Positions 25,405 to 33,395 of a stretch of 34,153 bases of DNA are shown here, in pieces (the stretch's first letter is position 1; each line of letters starts with the position of its first letter). Made by a program: the position numbers and the translations under genes. The notes under the pieces were generated by a model. The model made no database searches. It had not been told where the DNA came from and saw only the letters and a list, made by a program, of their open reading frames with translations. Origin of the DNA: a virus (lineage: Duplodnaviria; Caudoviricetes). The stretch lies in IMG/VR virus record IMGVR_UViG_3300031999_000113, positions 1-34,153 of that record; one strand, 5' to 3'.

Positions 25405-25423
25405 CATAATTTTTTGATATTTT
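25405..25423 (+). promoter_or_regulatory. Motif B (putative late promoter)
   Basis: CATAATTTTTTGATATTTT. Confidence 0.7.
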
Positions 25424-25432
25424 GCACCTTAG

Positions 25433-25825
25433 ATGATGACAGAAAGACTCGAAAGAATGGCCTTGAAGGTGGCCTTTTGTGTGCTGGCTAAGGGGGAGCC
25501 CGAAGGCTTGTTCGCACAGGCATTCTGGCAACTTCGCCAGAAGGCCAAGGACTTGAAGGAAAAATGGTCACTGGAAGCCAAGGAGTCGCTACAGAAGTCG
25601 CTCTTGAATGATCTGACAGACAAAGGTTACAAGGACGTTACAGCCGAGTTGAGCCTTGGCAAATACAAGGGCTCACACTTTGTGACATCGGCGCGGGTGA
25701 GTGTGAATGTGGGCACCGAAGAGAAGGCCAAGAAGCTGGCTGGATACTTGCAAAGGTTCAGCCCGAAGTTTGTCTTGAAGGATTTTGAAAAGGACACTGG
25801 CGTTGCAAGTTTTAACATACGATAA
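25433..25825 (+). CDS. Hypothetical protein with N-terminal helix tag
   Basis: ATG 10 nt after motif B, no SD; ERLERMALKVA. Confidence 0.7.
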   Translation: MMTERLERMALKVAFCVLAKGEPEGLFAQAFWQLRQKAKDLKEKWSLEAKESLQKSLLNDLTDKGYKDVTAELSLGKYKGSHFVTSARVSVNVGTEEKAKKLAGYLQRFSPKFVLKDFEKDTGVASFNIR

Positions 25826-25843
25826 CGAGATAAGAGGTGTGGA

Positions 25844-26641
25844 ATGAGTTCATTCCCCGGCACGTACATACCCACGGGGGTAAGCTCGACACCAGCCTTC
25901 AATGTGCTGGTTGACACGCTGCTTACGCCGCGCTTGATGGCGTTTCGCCAGATACACATCCACGATGAGCAGGCCGATTTGTCCCCTGATCGGCTGACAT
26001 GGCAGCAGACATTTGGCGGCTGGCTTACTGCGGCTCCGCTGATAGTCAGAAAAAATGGTGTTGTCCTCATGCCTGCGCAGGTAACAACTATCGACTACGT
26101 TCACGGGACTTTCCGTGCCGATCCTGTTGATCTGGGAGCAGACCAGAAGCCACGAGATGTAGTGGAAACGACATATCAGTTTGATTACTTCCCGACAGCC
26201 ATACAGGAAGGGCTGCTTACCGCTGCCGTGAGCATAGTGAACATGACGGCAGTTGGGCCACCGACGTACTACACGATAGACACCATGCCGTCGAACTGGT
26301 ACGGCGTAGTTACCGACTTGGCATTCGCCATGTGCATGGAGAAACTCCTGCTTGATTATGATCTGTGGCGATACAGGCTTCTCTTTGCCATTGGGCCGGG
26401 AGAATTGGAAACGGGCGGCGGCGATATTGCAAGCCAGCTCACGACGCTCAAACAAAATTCAGAAGAGCGGGCGAACACGGCAATGCAGAATCCGAAGTTC
26501 AAGACGGGTAACTATCTGGCTCCGCCGACGCTGTATTACTATCAGGCAATACGCGGGCTCGGTGGCGCGATCAGTGGCCCGCACGGCGTGCCGTTCTTGG
26601 GCGGAAAACTTCAGGGCTGGAAACCCACAAAAATCTTGTAG
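25844..26641 (+). CDS. Probable head-tail adaptor/neck protein
   Basis: GAGG RBS; IDYVHGTF beta module followed by a helical adaptor-like region; synteny. Confidence 0.5.
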   Translation: MSSFPGTYIPTGVSSTPAFNVLVDTLLTPRLMAFRQIHIHDEQADLSPDRLTWQQTFGGWLTAAPLIVRKNGVVLMPAQVTTIDYVHGTFRADPVDLGADQKPRDVVETTYQFDYFPTAIQEGLLTAAVSIVNMTAVGPPTYYTIDTMPSNWYGVVTDLAFAMCMEKLLLDYDLWRYRLLFAIGPGELETGGGDIASQLTTLKQNSEERANTAMQNPKFKTGNYLAPPTLYYYQAIRGLGGAISGPHGVPFLGGKLQGWKPTKIL

Positions 26642-26651
26642 TAAAGGACTT

Positions 26652-27425
26652 ATGAAGATTTGTGGCATATATCTGATTAGAAACACGATGAACCGAAAGG
26701 TGTATGTCGGCAGTAGCTCCGATATGCAGAGTCGTAGGCGGTGCCATTTCCATTTGTTGAGTCGTAACCGGCATTGCAATCCACACTTGCAGTCGGCTTG
26801 GATTCAATACGGCAAGGATGCTTTTGAGTTTACAATCATCGAAGAGTGCTCAGAGAGCGTGTTAATCGCAAGAGAGATGGCGTGGATGGAATACTATGAT
26901 TCTATGAATAGGGAGAAGGGTTACAATACAATGTACCCCGATAGACACACATTTACCGAAGAGGTGAGACGCAGGATGGGCGCATCGAAGAAAGGTAATC
27001 AGTATTGGAAGGGGAAACACCACTCAGAAGAGACGAAGAAAATACTGAGTGTAGCAAAAATGGGCAATCAACATAATAAGGGTAATCATTGCTCGGAAGA
27101 GACAAGGCGTAAGATTTCCGAAGCACTTGTTGGTAATCCAAAGTTGATGGGACGTGTTAAGTCTGAAGAACATCTTCGCAGATTACGAGAAGTACATAAA
27201 GGAAATCAGTACAACAAGGGACGACATCCATCAGAAGAGACGAAGCGCAAAATGTCCGAGGCAATGATGGGTGTTCACAAGGGCAAGAAATTGTCGGAAG
27301 AGCATAAGATGAAATTGTCTTTGGCGCACAAGGGAAAGAAATTATCGGAAGAAGCGAGAAAACGATTGTCCGAAAGAACGATTCTGTACTGGCAGAGGAA
27401 ACATAAAGAGGAGAAAAATCTATGA
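26652..27425 (+). CDS. GIY-YIG homing endonuclease with NUMOD3 repeats
   Basis: CGIYLIRN...KVYVGSS...GYN followed by repeated HSEETKxKxS. Confidence 0.88.
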   Translation: MKICGIYLIRNTMNRKVYVGSSSDMQSRRRCHFHLLSRNRHCNPHLQSAWIQYGKDAFEFTIIEECSESVLIAREMAWMEYYDSMNREKGYNTMYPDRHTFTEEVRRRMGASKKGNQYWKGKHHSEETKKILSVAKMGNQHNKGNHCSEETRRKISEALVGNPKLMGRVKSEEHLRRLREVHKGNQYNKGRHPSEETKRKMSEAMMGVHKGKKLSEEHKMKLSLAHKGKKLSEEARKRLSERTILYWQRKHKEEKNL

Positions 27426-27826
27426 GTAACGAAATCACGTATCAGGCCCAGCTTTTGCTCCGCTCGGGCCAACTCGCAGATCAATTCGCAAGCGGGTCAA
27501 AAACGGCGAATCAGACAACGGCCAAGCTGATCCGCAATGTGCAAACGATACCGACAACGGTTGGCGGCACGGCATTGGAATTGGGAGACATAGCATCTCC
27601 CGGTGTGTTGATTGTGCAGAATCTCGATGCTGATGTTGTAAGTCCGCCGCATACTGCACATTTTGTAGACATTGGCATACAAGTTGTGGGCGTCTTTTAT
27701 CCAGCCGTGCGAGTATTGCCCGGTGAAATTTGGATGGCACGGTATTCGCCCGGTGCCGCATCAATGCCATATGCGCTGGCAGATACCGCTTCTGTGGAAT
27801 TGTTCTACATCATATACGCCACGTAG
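27422..27826 (+). CDS. Hypothetical virion protein
   Basis: AGGAG RBS; beta-rich, 134 aa. Confidence 0.65.
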   Translation: MSNEITYQAQLLLRSGQLADQFASGSKTANQTTAKLIRNVQTIPTTVGGTALELGDIASPGVLIVQNLDADVVSPPHTAHFVDIGIQVVGVFYPAVRVLPGEIWMARYSPGAASMPYALADTASVELFYIIYAT

Positions 27827-27840
27827 GAGATAATGGAAGA

Positions 27841-28182
27841 ATGAACATTGGCGCGGAAATGCGGGAAATTGGCAATCTCATATCGTCTGCCGCACTGATT
27901 ATGGCAGTGCGAAAGGAAGTTGCTTCTGTGATGAAGGAGGGGTTTGTCGTCACGGATGGCAAACATCATCCGACTGCCACGCGGTATGAAGTTGTAGTTC
28001 GCTGTGGAAACAGCAAGTGCGGCGAGATTGCTCGCAGGATAAAGGCTAATATCGTCAATGCCGATGTTGAGCGGATTGCCGATGGCGTACTCGGTGTAAG
28101 GACAGCGCGGCGCGGCTCCGTGTGTGCCAAGAGAATCAACTTCGCTGACACGATAATCTTAGTAGGAGACGACAATGGCTGA
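27841..28182 (+). CDS. Hypothetical protein
   Basis: ATG 27841; start uncertain. Confidence 0.55.
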   Translation: MNIGAEMREIGNLISSAALIMAVRKEVASVMKEGFVVTDGKHHPTATRYEVVVRCGNSKCGEIARRIKANIVNADVERIADGVLGVRTARRGSVCAKRINFADTIILVGDDNG

Positions 28183-28663
28183 GGAGAAATCAGATGTCAC
28201 GGGAGAGAGATATTACAGTGGCTCGTGGACGGCGATCCAGCATGTTCTTCGCGTACTGAATATCGGCGAAGGCAAGATGGACAGGGTGACACAGCCGCTT
28301 GTGAACGAATATCAGGAATCCGTGGACAGAGAGATCGATGGCATCCTGTCTGAAATCTATTCCGTGCCGTTGCGATCCTTCAACGAGGTGCAGCCCGACG
28401 GCTCGATGAAGCGGGTGTTTCCCGGTGATGTTGCGCAGGCTGCGAAATACTGGACGGCAGGGTTGCTTCTGCTGAATGAGTTCCAGCAACTCGCTCAGAA
28501 TATCACAGATCAGGCAACGCAGTATGTTGATGAATCCAGAAGGAAAATCTTCTGTTTGAAACGGTTTACGCATCGGCTTCGGGGACAGGAGAGGAAGAGT
28601 AACTGGGGAAGAACAATTCCCCCGTCGATGCAACCACCAGCGATTGTAGAGAAGGACTATTAG
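28175..28663 (+). CDS. Probable head-tail connector (Mu gp36/SPP1 gp15-like)
   Basis: AGGAG RBS; REIDGILSEIYSVPL...AAKYWTAGLL pattern. Confidence 0.55.
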   Translation: MAEEKSDVTGERYYSGSWTAIQHVLRVLNIGEGKMDRVTQPLVNEYQESVDREIDGILSEIYSVPLRSFNEVQPDGSMKRVFPGDVAQAAKYWTAGLLLLNEFQQLAQNITDQATQYVDESRRKIFCLKRFTHRLRGQERKSNWGRTIPPSMQPPAIVEKDY

Positions 28664-28667
28664 GACA

Positions 28668-30575
28668 ATGGATGATCGCAGAATAGAGCGCATTGCCAGC
28701 AAGATCGTGGCGATAGATTTTCCGACTCAGGATGCTTATGACAAGTATATGAAAGAGCATCCAGATGCAGACAAGTCGCTTCATAAGGTGGTGGAGACAC
28801 AGCAGGAAAAAGGAAGAGAAGACGACTCCCCCGCTCCTGTTTCTGGCACCAAGTGGGAAGACATTGATAAGAAACAGGCAAGAATATTGGAGCGCAAGTT
28901 TGGAAAGAGTGGGTTTGCCCTTGCTGATAAGTTTGAGAGTTCTGGATTTGAAGCGAAGAATGTTTTGAGTGAAATGTCTTCGTTGAAACTGGGAGAACAG
29001 AAATCCGTTCCCAAGGCACTTGATTCTATTGATTCGTCTAAGGCATATGGAATTACAAAGGGCGATTTTTCAAAGGTCATCAGGGGAGTCCGCGCCGCCG
29101 AGTCATATAAATTTGATGGATATGAAAGAATGAATGGTTTGCTAAGGAAGGGGAAAAAAGATGATTCAATTGAAAGCTTGGAGTCTTTGATTGAATATGG
29201 CCCAAAGAATGAGTCTGAATTTGTCTATCGTGTATTCTCCCTGCCAGAACAAAGGTACAGGCAGATGGGCATTAAAGCTGACTCTTCCTACTCTGATCCG
29301 GCTTTTCTTTCAACAACAACCGATGAAGATGTTGCGCAATCTATCTTCAAAAAAGGAGGAATTGGGACTTTTCCAAGTGGCAATGTTTTGATTGCGATGG
29401 ACATTGGTGGCGCAAGCGGATTCGGCTTGAATTTCACGAAAGAACGGGGAAGCGGCAAGGAAGATCAGTCGGAAGTTCTAATGCCCCCGAATACGAAAAT
29501 CAGGATAAAGGCGGTGCAAGAGCAGAAATTCAAGGGCAGGACGATTATCAACATTCTCGGACATATCGAGCGAGAACAGAAAGTTGCTGCCAGCAACAAG
29601 CAGAAAGAAGTCAAAACACTTTTCGGTGATGATGTTGACGAGGTGATCCAGAGAAAGAGGCTGCATTCGCCGATGGTGTTTAATCGAATTGACGACAAAC
29701 TGAAAAAGAAGGCGGGCGACATCGAGGGTCGGATACTCAGGATTGCCGAAGCCGTAAGTCGGCTTGATCTGTCATTCAAGCGCGATCCTGAAGCCGATGA
29801 AGACAAACTGAACGTCATTTGCAGGGAAGTGAACAACCTTGTGGACAGGATACGCAGGAATGAATCGCTGGAATCGTTTGTGAACCGCACGGATGATGAG
29901 AAGGAAATGAAACTCGATGTAGGGCTGTCCGATCACGAGGCCATCGAAGCCATCGTTGAAGAAATTGTGGATACGGCGGAGAAGCTGGCAAAGAAGCACG
30001 AATTTGAAATGAGTAAAGAAGTGAGAAAAGGAGCAACAATGAACAGACAAGCGGTAGCGGCAGAATTGGTGAGGATAGCTGAATCACTCACGGCGATAGA
30101 ATTTCCAACACAAGATGCCTACGACAAATATATGAAAGAACATCCCGATGCCGACAAGAGTAACCATGCGGTGAAAAGGACTGAGCGGAAAGAACAAGAA
30201 AAGGAAGAATCCGAATCGCAGATTTCCGGCAAAAACTTGAAACCAGAGCCATTGTCTGAATCTCACAAGAAGCGATCAGAGCACCAACAGTATGTGAATA
30301 TTAAAAGATTGCTTCACGAAGGCAAAGAAGATGAGGCCCGAAAGTGGCTGAAATATCTTGAGAATCATGATGACGATATTAGAAAGAAATGGGATGAGTC
30401 GGTGGCCGCTGGCAAGAAGCCCAGTAAGTCTAGTTTTGAATCATTGCTGTCAACGACTCCTGCTGAAATAGAAGGCACGAAACGGGCATTAAAGGATTGG
30501 GAGAAGCGGGGTAAGCCGACACCAAAAAAGGCTGCTTCCGATCTGCTAGGAATCGCGAAGGAATTAGTAGGGTAA
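28668..30575 (+). CDS. Modular protein with VIP2/Alt-like ADP-ribosyltransferase domain, EFPTQDA modules and helix tags
   Basis: YERMNGLLR, VYRV, DPAFLSTT, DQSEVLMPPNTKIRI (R-STS-E motif); internal start candidate at 30039. Confidence 0.75.
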   Translation: MDDRRIERIASKIVAIDFPTQDAYDKYMKEHPDADKSLHKVVETQQEKGREDDSPAPVSGTKWEDIDKKQARILERKFGKSGFALADKFESSGFEAKNVLSEMSSLKLGEQKSVPKALDSIDSSKAYGITKGDFSKVIRGVRAAESYKFDGYERMNGLLRKGKKDDSIESLESLIEYGPKNESEFVYRVFSLPEQRYRQMGIKADSSYSDPAFLSTTTDEDVAQSIFKKGGIGTFPSGNVLIAMDIGGASGFGLNFTKERGSGKEDQSEVLMPPNTKIRIKAVQEQKFKGRTIINILGHIEREQKVAASNKQKEVKTLFGDDVDEVIQRKRLHSPMVFNRIDDKLKKKAGDIEGRILRIAEAVSRLDLSFKRDPEADEDKLNVICREVNNLVDRIRRNESLESFVNRTDDEKEMKLDVGLSDHEAIEAIVEEIVDTAEKLAKKHEFEMSKEVRKGATMNRQAVAAELVRIAESLTAIEFPTQDAYDKYMKEHPDADKSNHAVKRTERKEQEKEESESQISGKNLKPEPLSESHKKRSEHQQYVNIKRLLHEGKEDEARKWLKYLENHDDDIRKKWDESVAAGKKPSKSSFESLLSTTPAEIEGTKRALKDWEKRGKPTPKKAASDLLGIAKELVG

Positions 30576-30587
30576 GACGGGTGACAT

Positions 30588-31157
30588 GTGTATACGAACC
30601 CTTCAAATATCGTAAAGACAGAAATTTCGCTTTTGCAGCGGAACAATCTTTCCATCAATAGTATCGTGCGGCAGTATCAGAGCAACAGGAAGCTCACGGT
30701 GCTGGAAGGTATGCGGAACACGCTGCCCGCCGATGCCTATCCGAGCTTTGAGATAGAGCCAGGCACTGGCACGAACCAGTGGGCCACAACGCGGGCGCAA
30801 AGGCCACGGTATGACTTCACCTGCACACTGACTGTCAAGGTTGACAACCCCAATTACGGCGTGGAATACATAACGACATTGGCTACATCCATCTGCGAGA
30901 TAATGACGAGTCCCGAGAACCTGCAATTGCGGATTATTGGTGAAACACACTGGGATTCCGAAGGTGGGTTGGTGGATACTTATATGCTGGACAGCCTTGT
31001 GGAAAACCTTAATTATTCATCGCTAAAAGAAGGGTCTGTAAGAACGGCAGAATTCTCGTGGTTTGTGCTGGTTCATGAGCCATATCCTGAGAGCAAATGG
31101 CGCATCGGGGATGGCAATTTGCCGAGCATACTGCGGCCAAGAATCATAGCGGCGTGA
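30588..31157 (+). CDS. Probable tail terminator/completion protein
   Basis: 189 aa, DAYPSFEIEP pattern; position between connector and tube genes. Confidence 0.5.
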   Translation: MYTNPSNIVKTEISLLQRNNLSINSIVRQYQSNRKLTVLEGMRNTLPADAYPSFEIEPGTGTNQWATTRAQRPRYDFTCTLTVKVDNPNYGVEYITTLATSICEIMTSPENLQLRIIGETHWDSEGGLVDTYMLDSLVENLNYSSLKEGSVRTAEFSWFVLVHEPYPESKWRIGDGNLPSILRPRIIAA

Positions 31158-31163
31158 TCGTTG

Positions 31164-31182
31164 CATAATTTTTTGATATTTT
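31164..31182 (+). promoter_or_regulatory. Motif B (putative late promoter)
   Basis: CATAATTTTTTGATATTTT. Confidence 0.7.
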
Positions 31183-31191
31183 GCTCTCTAG

Positions 31192-31428
31192 GTGAAGGCA
31201 GGCAATGTGAGAAAACAAAGCGATTACATACGGGACTTGTTTGAGGAAATGCTCGATCTGGGCGAGGCTCCGTATCGGGCGTCACGACGAGCCGTTGAAG
31301 CCTTGGATGTAAATGGCGATGTTGAACAGGGAGTCAGGGAACTTGACACGATGTTGACGGGAATCGGCCCACTCAGGGCCAAGCTGAGAGAGTTGCAAAA
31401 TGCCGCGCAAAGTACGCTCAGACGATAG
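31192..31428 (+). CDS. Hypothetical helical protein
   Basis: ORF directly after motif B. Confidence 0.55.
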   Translation: MKAGNVRKQSDYIRDLFEEMLDLGEAPYRASRRAVEALDVNGDVEQGVRELDTMLTGIGPLRAKLRELQNAAQSTLRR

Positions 31429-31456
31429 CAGAAGCCCGTTTTACGAAACGGGAATA

Positions 31457-31696
31457 ATGCAGGATATGCGCAACTTGGTCTTGAAAACCGGCAGGGTTGG
31501 CAAAGCCATCAAAGAGTTGAGCGGTATCGAGCAACGGATGGAAAGGGAAATGGGAGCACTGGCCGAAGACGATTTTGCGGCAGGCACGCGGGAGCAGAAG
31601 TTTTACGCAGGAGTGATCGCGGACTCAACGGGTGAAATGATTGATATCTTGGATACCGTGGAAGCCAAGGTTGCGGGATACAGAAGGATTTTTTGA
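31457..31696 (+). CDS. Hypothetical helical protein
   Basis: ORF in the gap; start uncertain (31400, 31457 or 31466). Confidence 0.55.
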   Translation: MQDMRNLVLKTGRVGKAIKELSGIEQRMEREMGALAEDDFAAGTREQKFYAGVIADSTGEMIDILDTVEAKVAGYRRIF

Positions 31697-31782
31697 CTGC
31701 GGGATTACGCAGTTTGGCGGTGAAAGCTGCCTAGAAGCCCGCGATTTTTATTCGTGGGAATAGTCACAGAAGGAGTTTGTAG

Positions 31783-32583
31783 ATGCCGTTGGTTGACACA
31801 ACAACACTGCTGAGGGTTGCTGACAGGGCAGCGTATCAGTATGGGCAGTTGAAGACAACTATGGCGGCGATAAGCGCAGTGGGGCTGGGGTATTACTGGC
31901 AGACGATAACGGCGACGGATAATCCAGATGTGGAAATTCCGTGCGAGGGTGTATACAGGCTGGCAGACAATGATTTTCTGATAGCCTATGCCGCAAAGAA
32001 CGGCACATTGCTCGCGAACATCATCGGGGGAATGGAAGCGCACTTCAACTCCACGAACCCGATAACGGGACTGGCGTTTCAGGCAGGGGGCTGGGATGGA
32101 TATTTGTTCACGCAGAACAAGAGGGTCAGTCAGTATTTTGCTGAATTGTTCTATGCGTGTAAGGGATACTACATGCTGGCGGTGGATGTGTTCAGCGAGG
32201 GTGTTGACGATTTTGCCACGGCGGTTAGAAATGCGGGGCCGGGAATCACATTTACGGATGGCGTGAGTTATGGGACAGGGGCGGACACGAACCCTGCGAA
32301 TGGGACAAACTTTGCGGCAACGCAGTTGAAGGCGTATGTGGTTTCGATGGCCGGGACGAACTTGGATTTGCGGTTGAGTGTCAAGGACATCAACAACAAT
32401 CCAGCGACGATTGATGTGACGATACCGGGCGGCTCGATTCCGGGAGCGGTTGTGAATATTGGAGCATCATCTGATAGATTTTTGGATGTGACGAACATCA
32501 TCTTGAAGCCGAGTGGCTCAAGTGGTACTGTCGGTGATACGGTGAAGATAAGGAATCTCAAAGAGAGACAAATAGCACTATGA
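31783..32583 (+). CDS. Virion structural protein (tail region)
   Basis: AAGGAG RBS; Thr/Gly/Asn-rich; upstream of the tube gene. Confidence 0.6.
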   Translation: MPLVDTTTLLRVADRAAYQYGQLKTTMAAISAVGLGYYWQTITATDNPDVEIPCEGVYRLADNDFLIAYAAKNGTLLANIIGGMEAHFNSTNPITGLAFQAGGWDGYLFTQNKRVSQYFAELFYACKGYYMLAVDVFSEGVDDFATAVRNAGPGITFTDGVSYGTGADTNPANGTNFAATQLKAYVVSMAGTNLDLRLSVKDINNNPATIDVTIPGGSIPGAVVNIGASSDRFLDVTNIILKPSGSSGTVGDTVKIRNLKERQIAL

Positions 32584-33395
32584 GTTTGGTAGCCATAGGC
32601 AAGTTTGCAGAAATGACTGGAGTGCCATTCCATGTCTTGAGACGGCTCCATGCCAGGGAAGTATTGATGCCTGCCCATATTGATAATAATGGTCGCAGGT
32701 ATTACAATGAAGATCAGATTCCCGATGCGCAGATTTTTGTCAAGAAAATGAAACTTCTTGTCAATGGTGAGAACATCATAGACGCAAGCGAGCACCTTGA
32801 GCCCTTCTTTGCATATTTGCTGGGATTGATTCTGGCAGATGGAACGGTATGTGCAGATGGACAGGTTCAACTTGAGATGAAGGACAGGCAAATTCTTGAC
32901 GATGTATCAGCGATTCTAGGTGCCATTGTTCATCCAAGAAGTGATAGGCCGATGTATCGAATTACGGTGCCTCGTCCTGTCGCTCGCCGATTGGTTGAAT
33001 ACGGAGCTTGTAGGAGAAAGAGTCATGGGTTTATCATACCGCACATGGATGAATGCAGCTTCGGGCATTTCCTTCGTGGGCTTTTTGATGGCGATGGGAG
33101 TGCAAGCATTCGATATGGCAGAAGGATACTGAGAATCCACGGACATCCAAAGGCGATGGCCTACATACAGGCGACTCTTTTAGGGCATTATGAGCTGTAT
33201 CTTCCTTGGGTTCCAGACAACAGGATTGAATCTGGAATGCTGGAGACTGGAAGGAAGAGTACGATAGACGATATTTGCGACATGATGTATGGTGCAGGCG
33301 GAGTTTGCCTGAATAGGAAGAAAGAAACTCTAACAACTAAAAAGGAGATTAGTCATGGGAATGGGATAGATGTTGTCCCATCTCACCCCGCCTAA
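32580..33395 (+). CDS. Free-standing LAGLIDADG endonuclease with N-terminal MerR-type HTH
   Basis: IGKFAEMTGVPFHVLRRL...NGRRYY; YLLGLILADG and FLRGLFDGDGS. Confidence 0.85.
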   Translation: MSLVAIGKFAEMTGVPFHVLRRLHAREVLMPAHIDNNGRRYYNEDQIPDAQIFVKKMKLLVNGENIIDASEHLEPFFAYLLGLILADGTVCADGQVQLEMKDRQILDDVSAILGAIVHPRSDRPMYRITVPRPVARRLVEYGACRRKSHGFIIPHMDECSFGHFLRGLFDGDGSASIRYGRRILRIHGHPKAMAYIQATLLGHYELYLPWVPDNRIESGMLETGRKSTIDDICDMMYGAGGVCLNRKKETLTTKKEISHGNGIDVVPSHPA

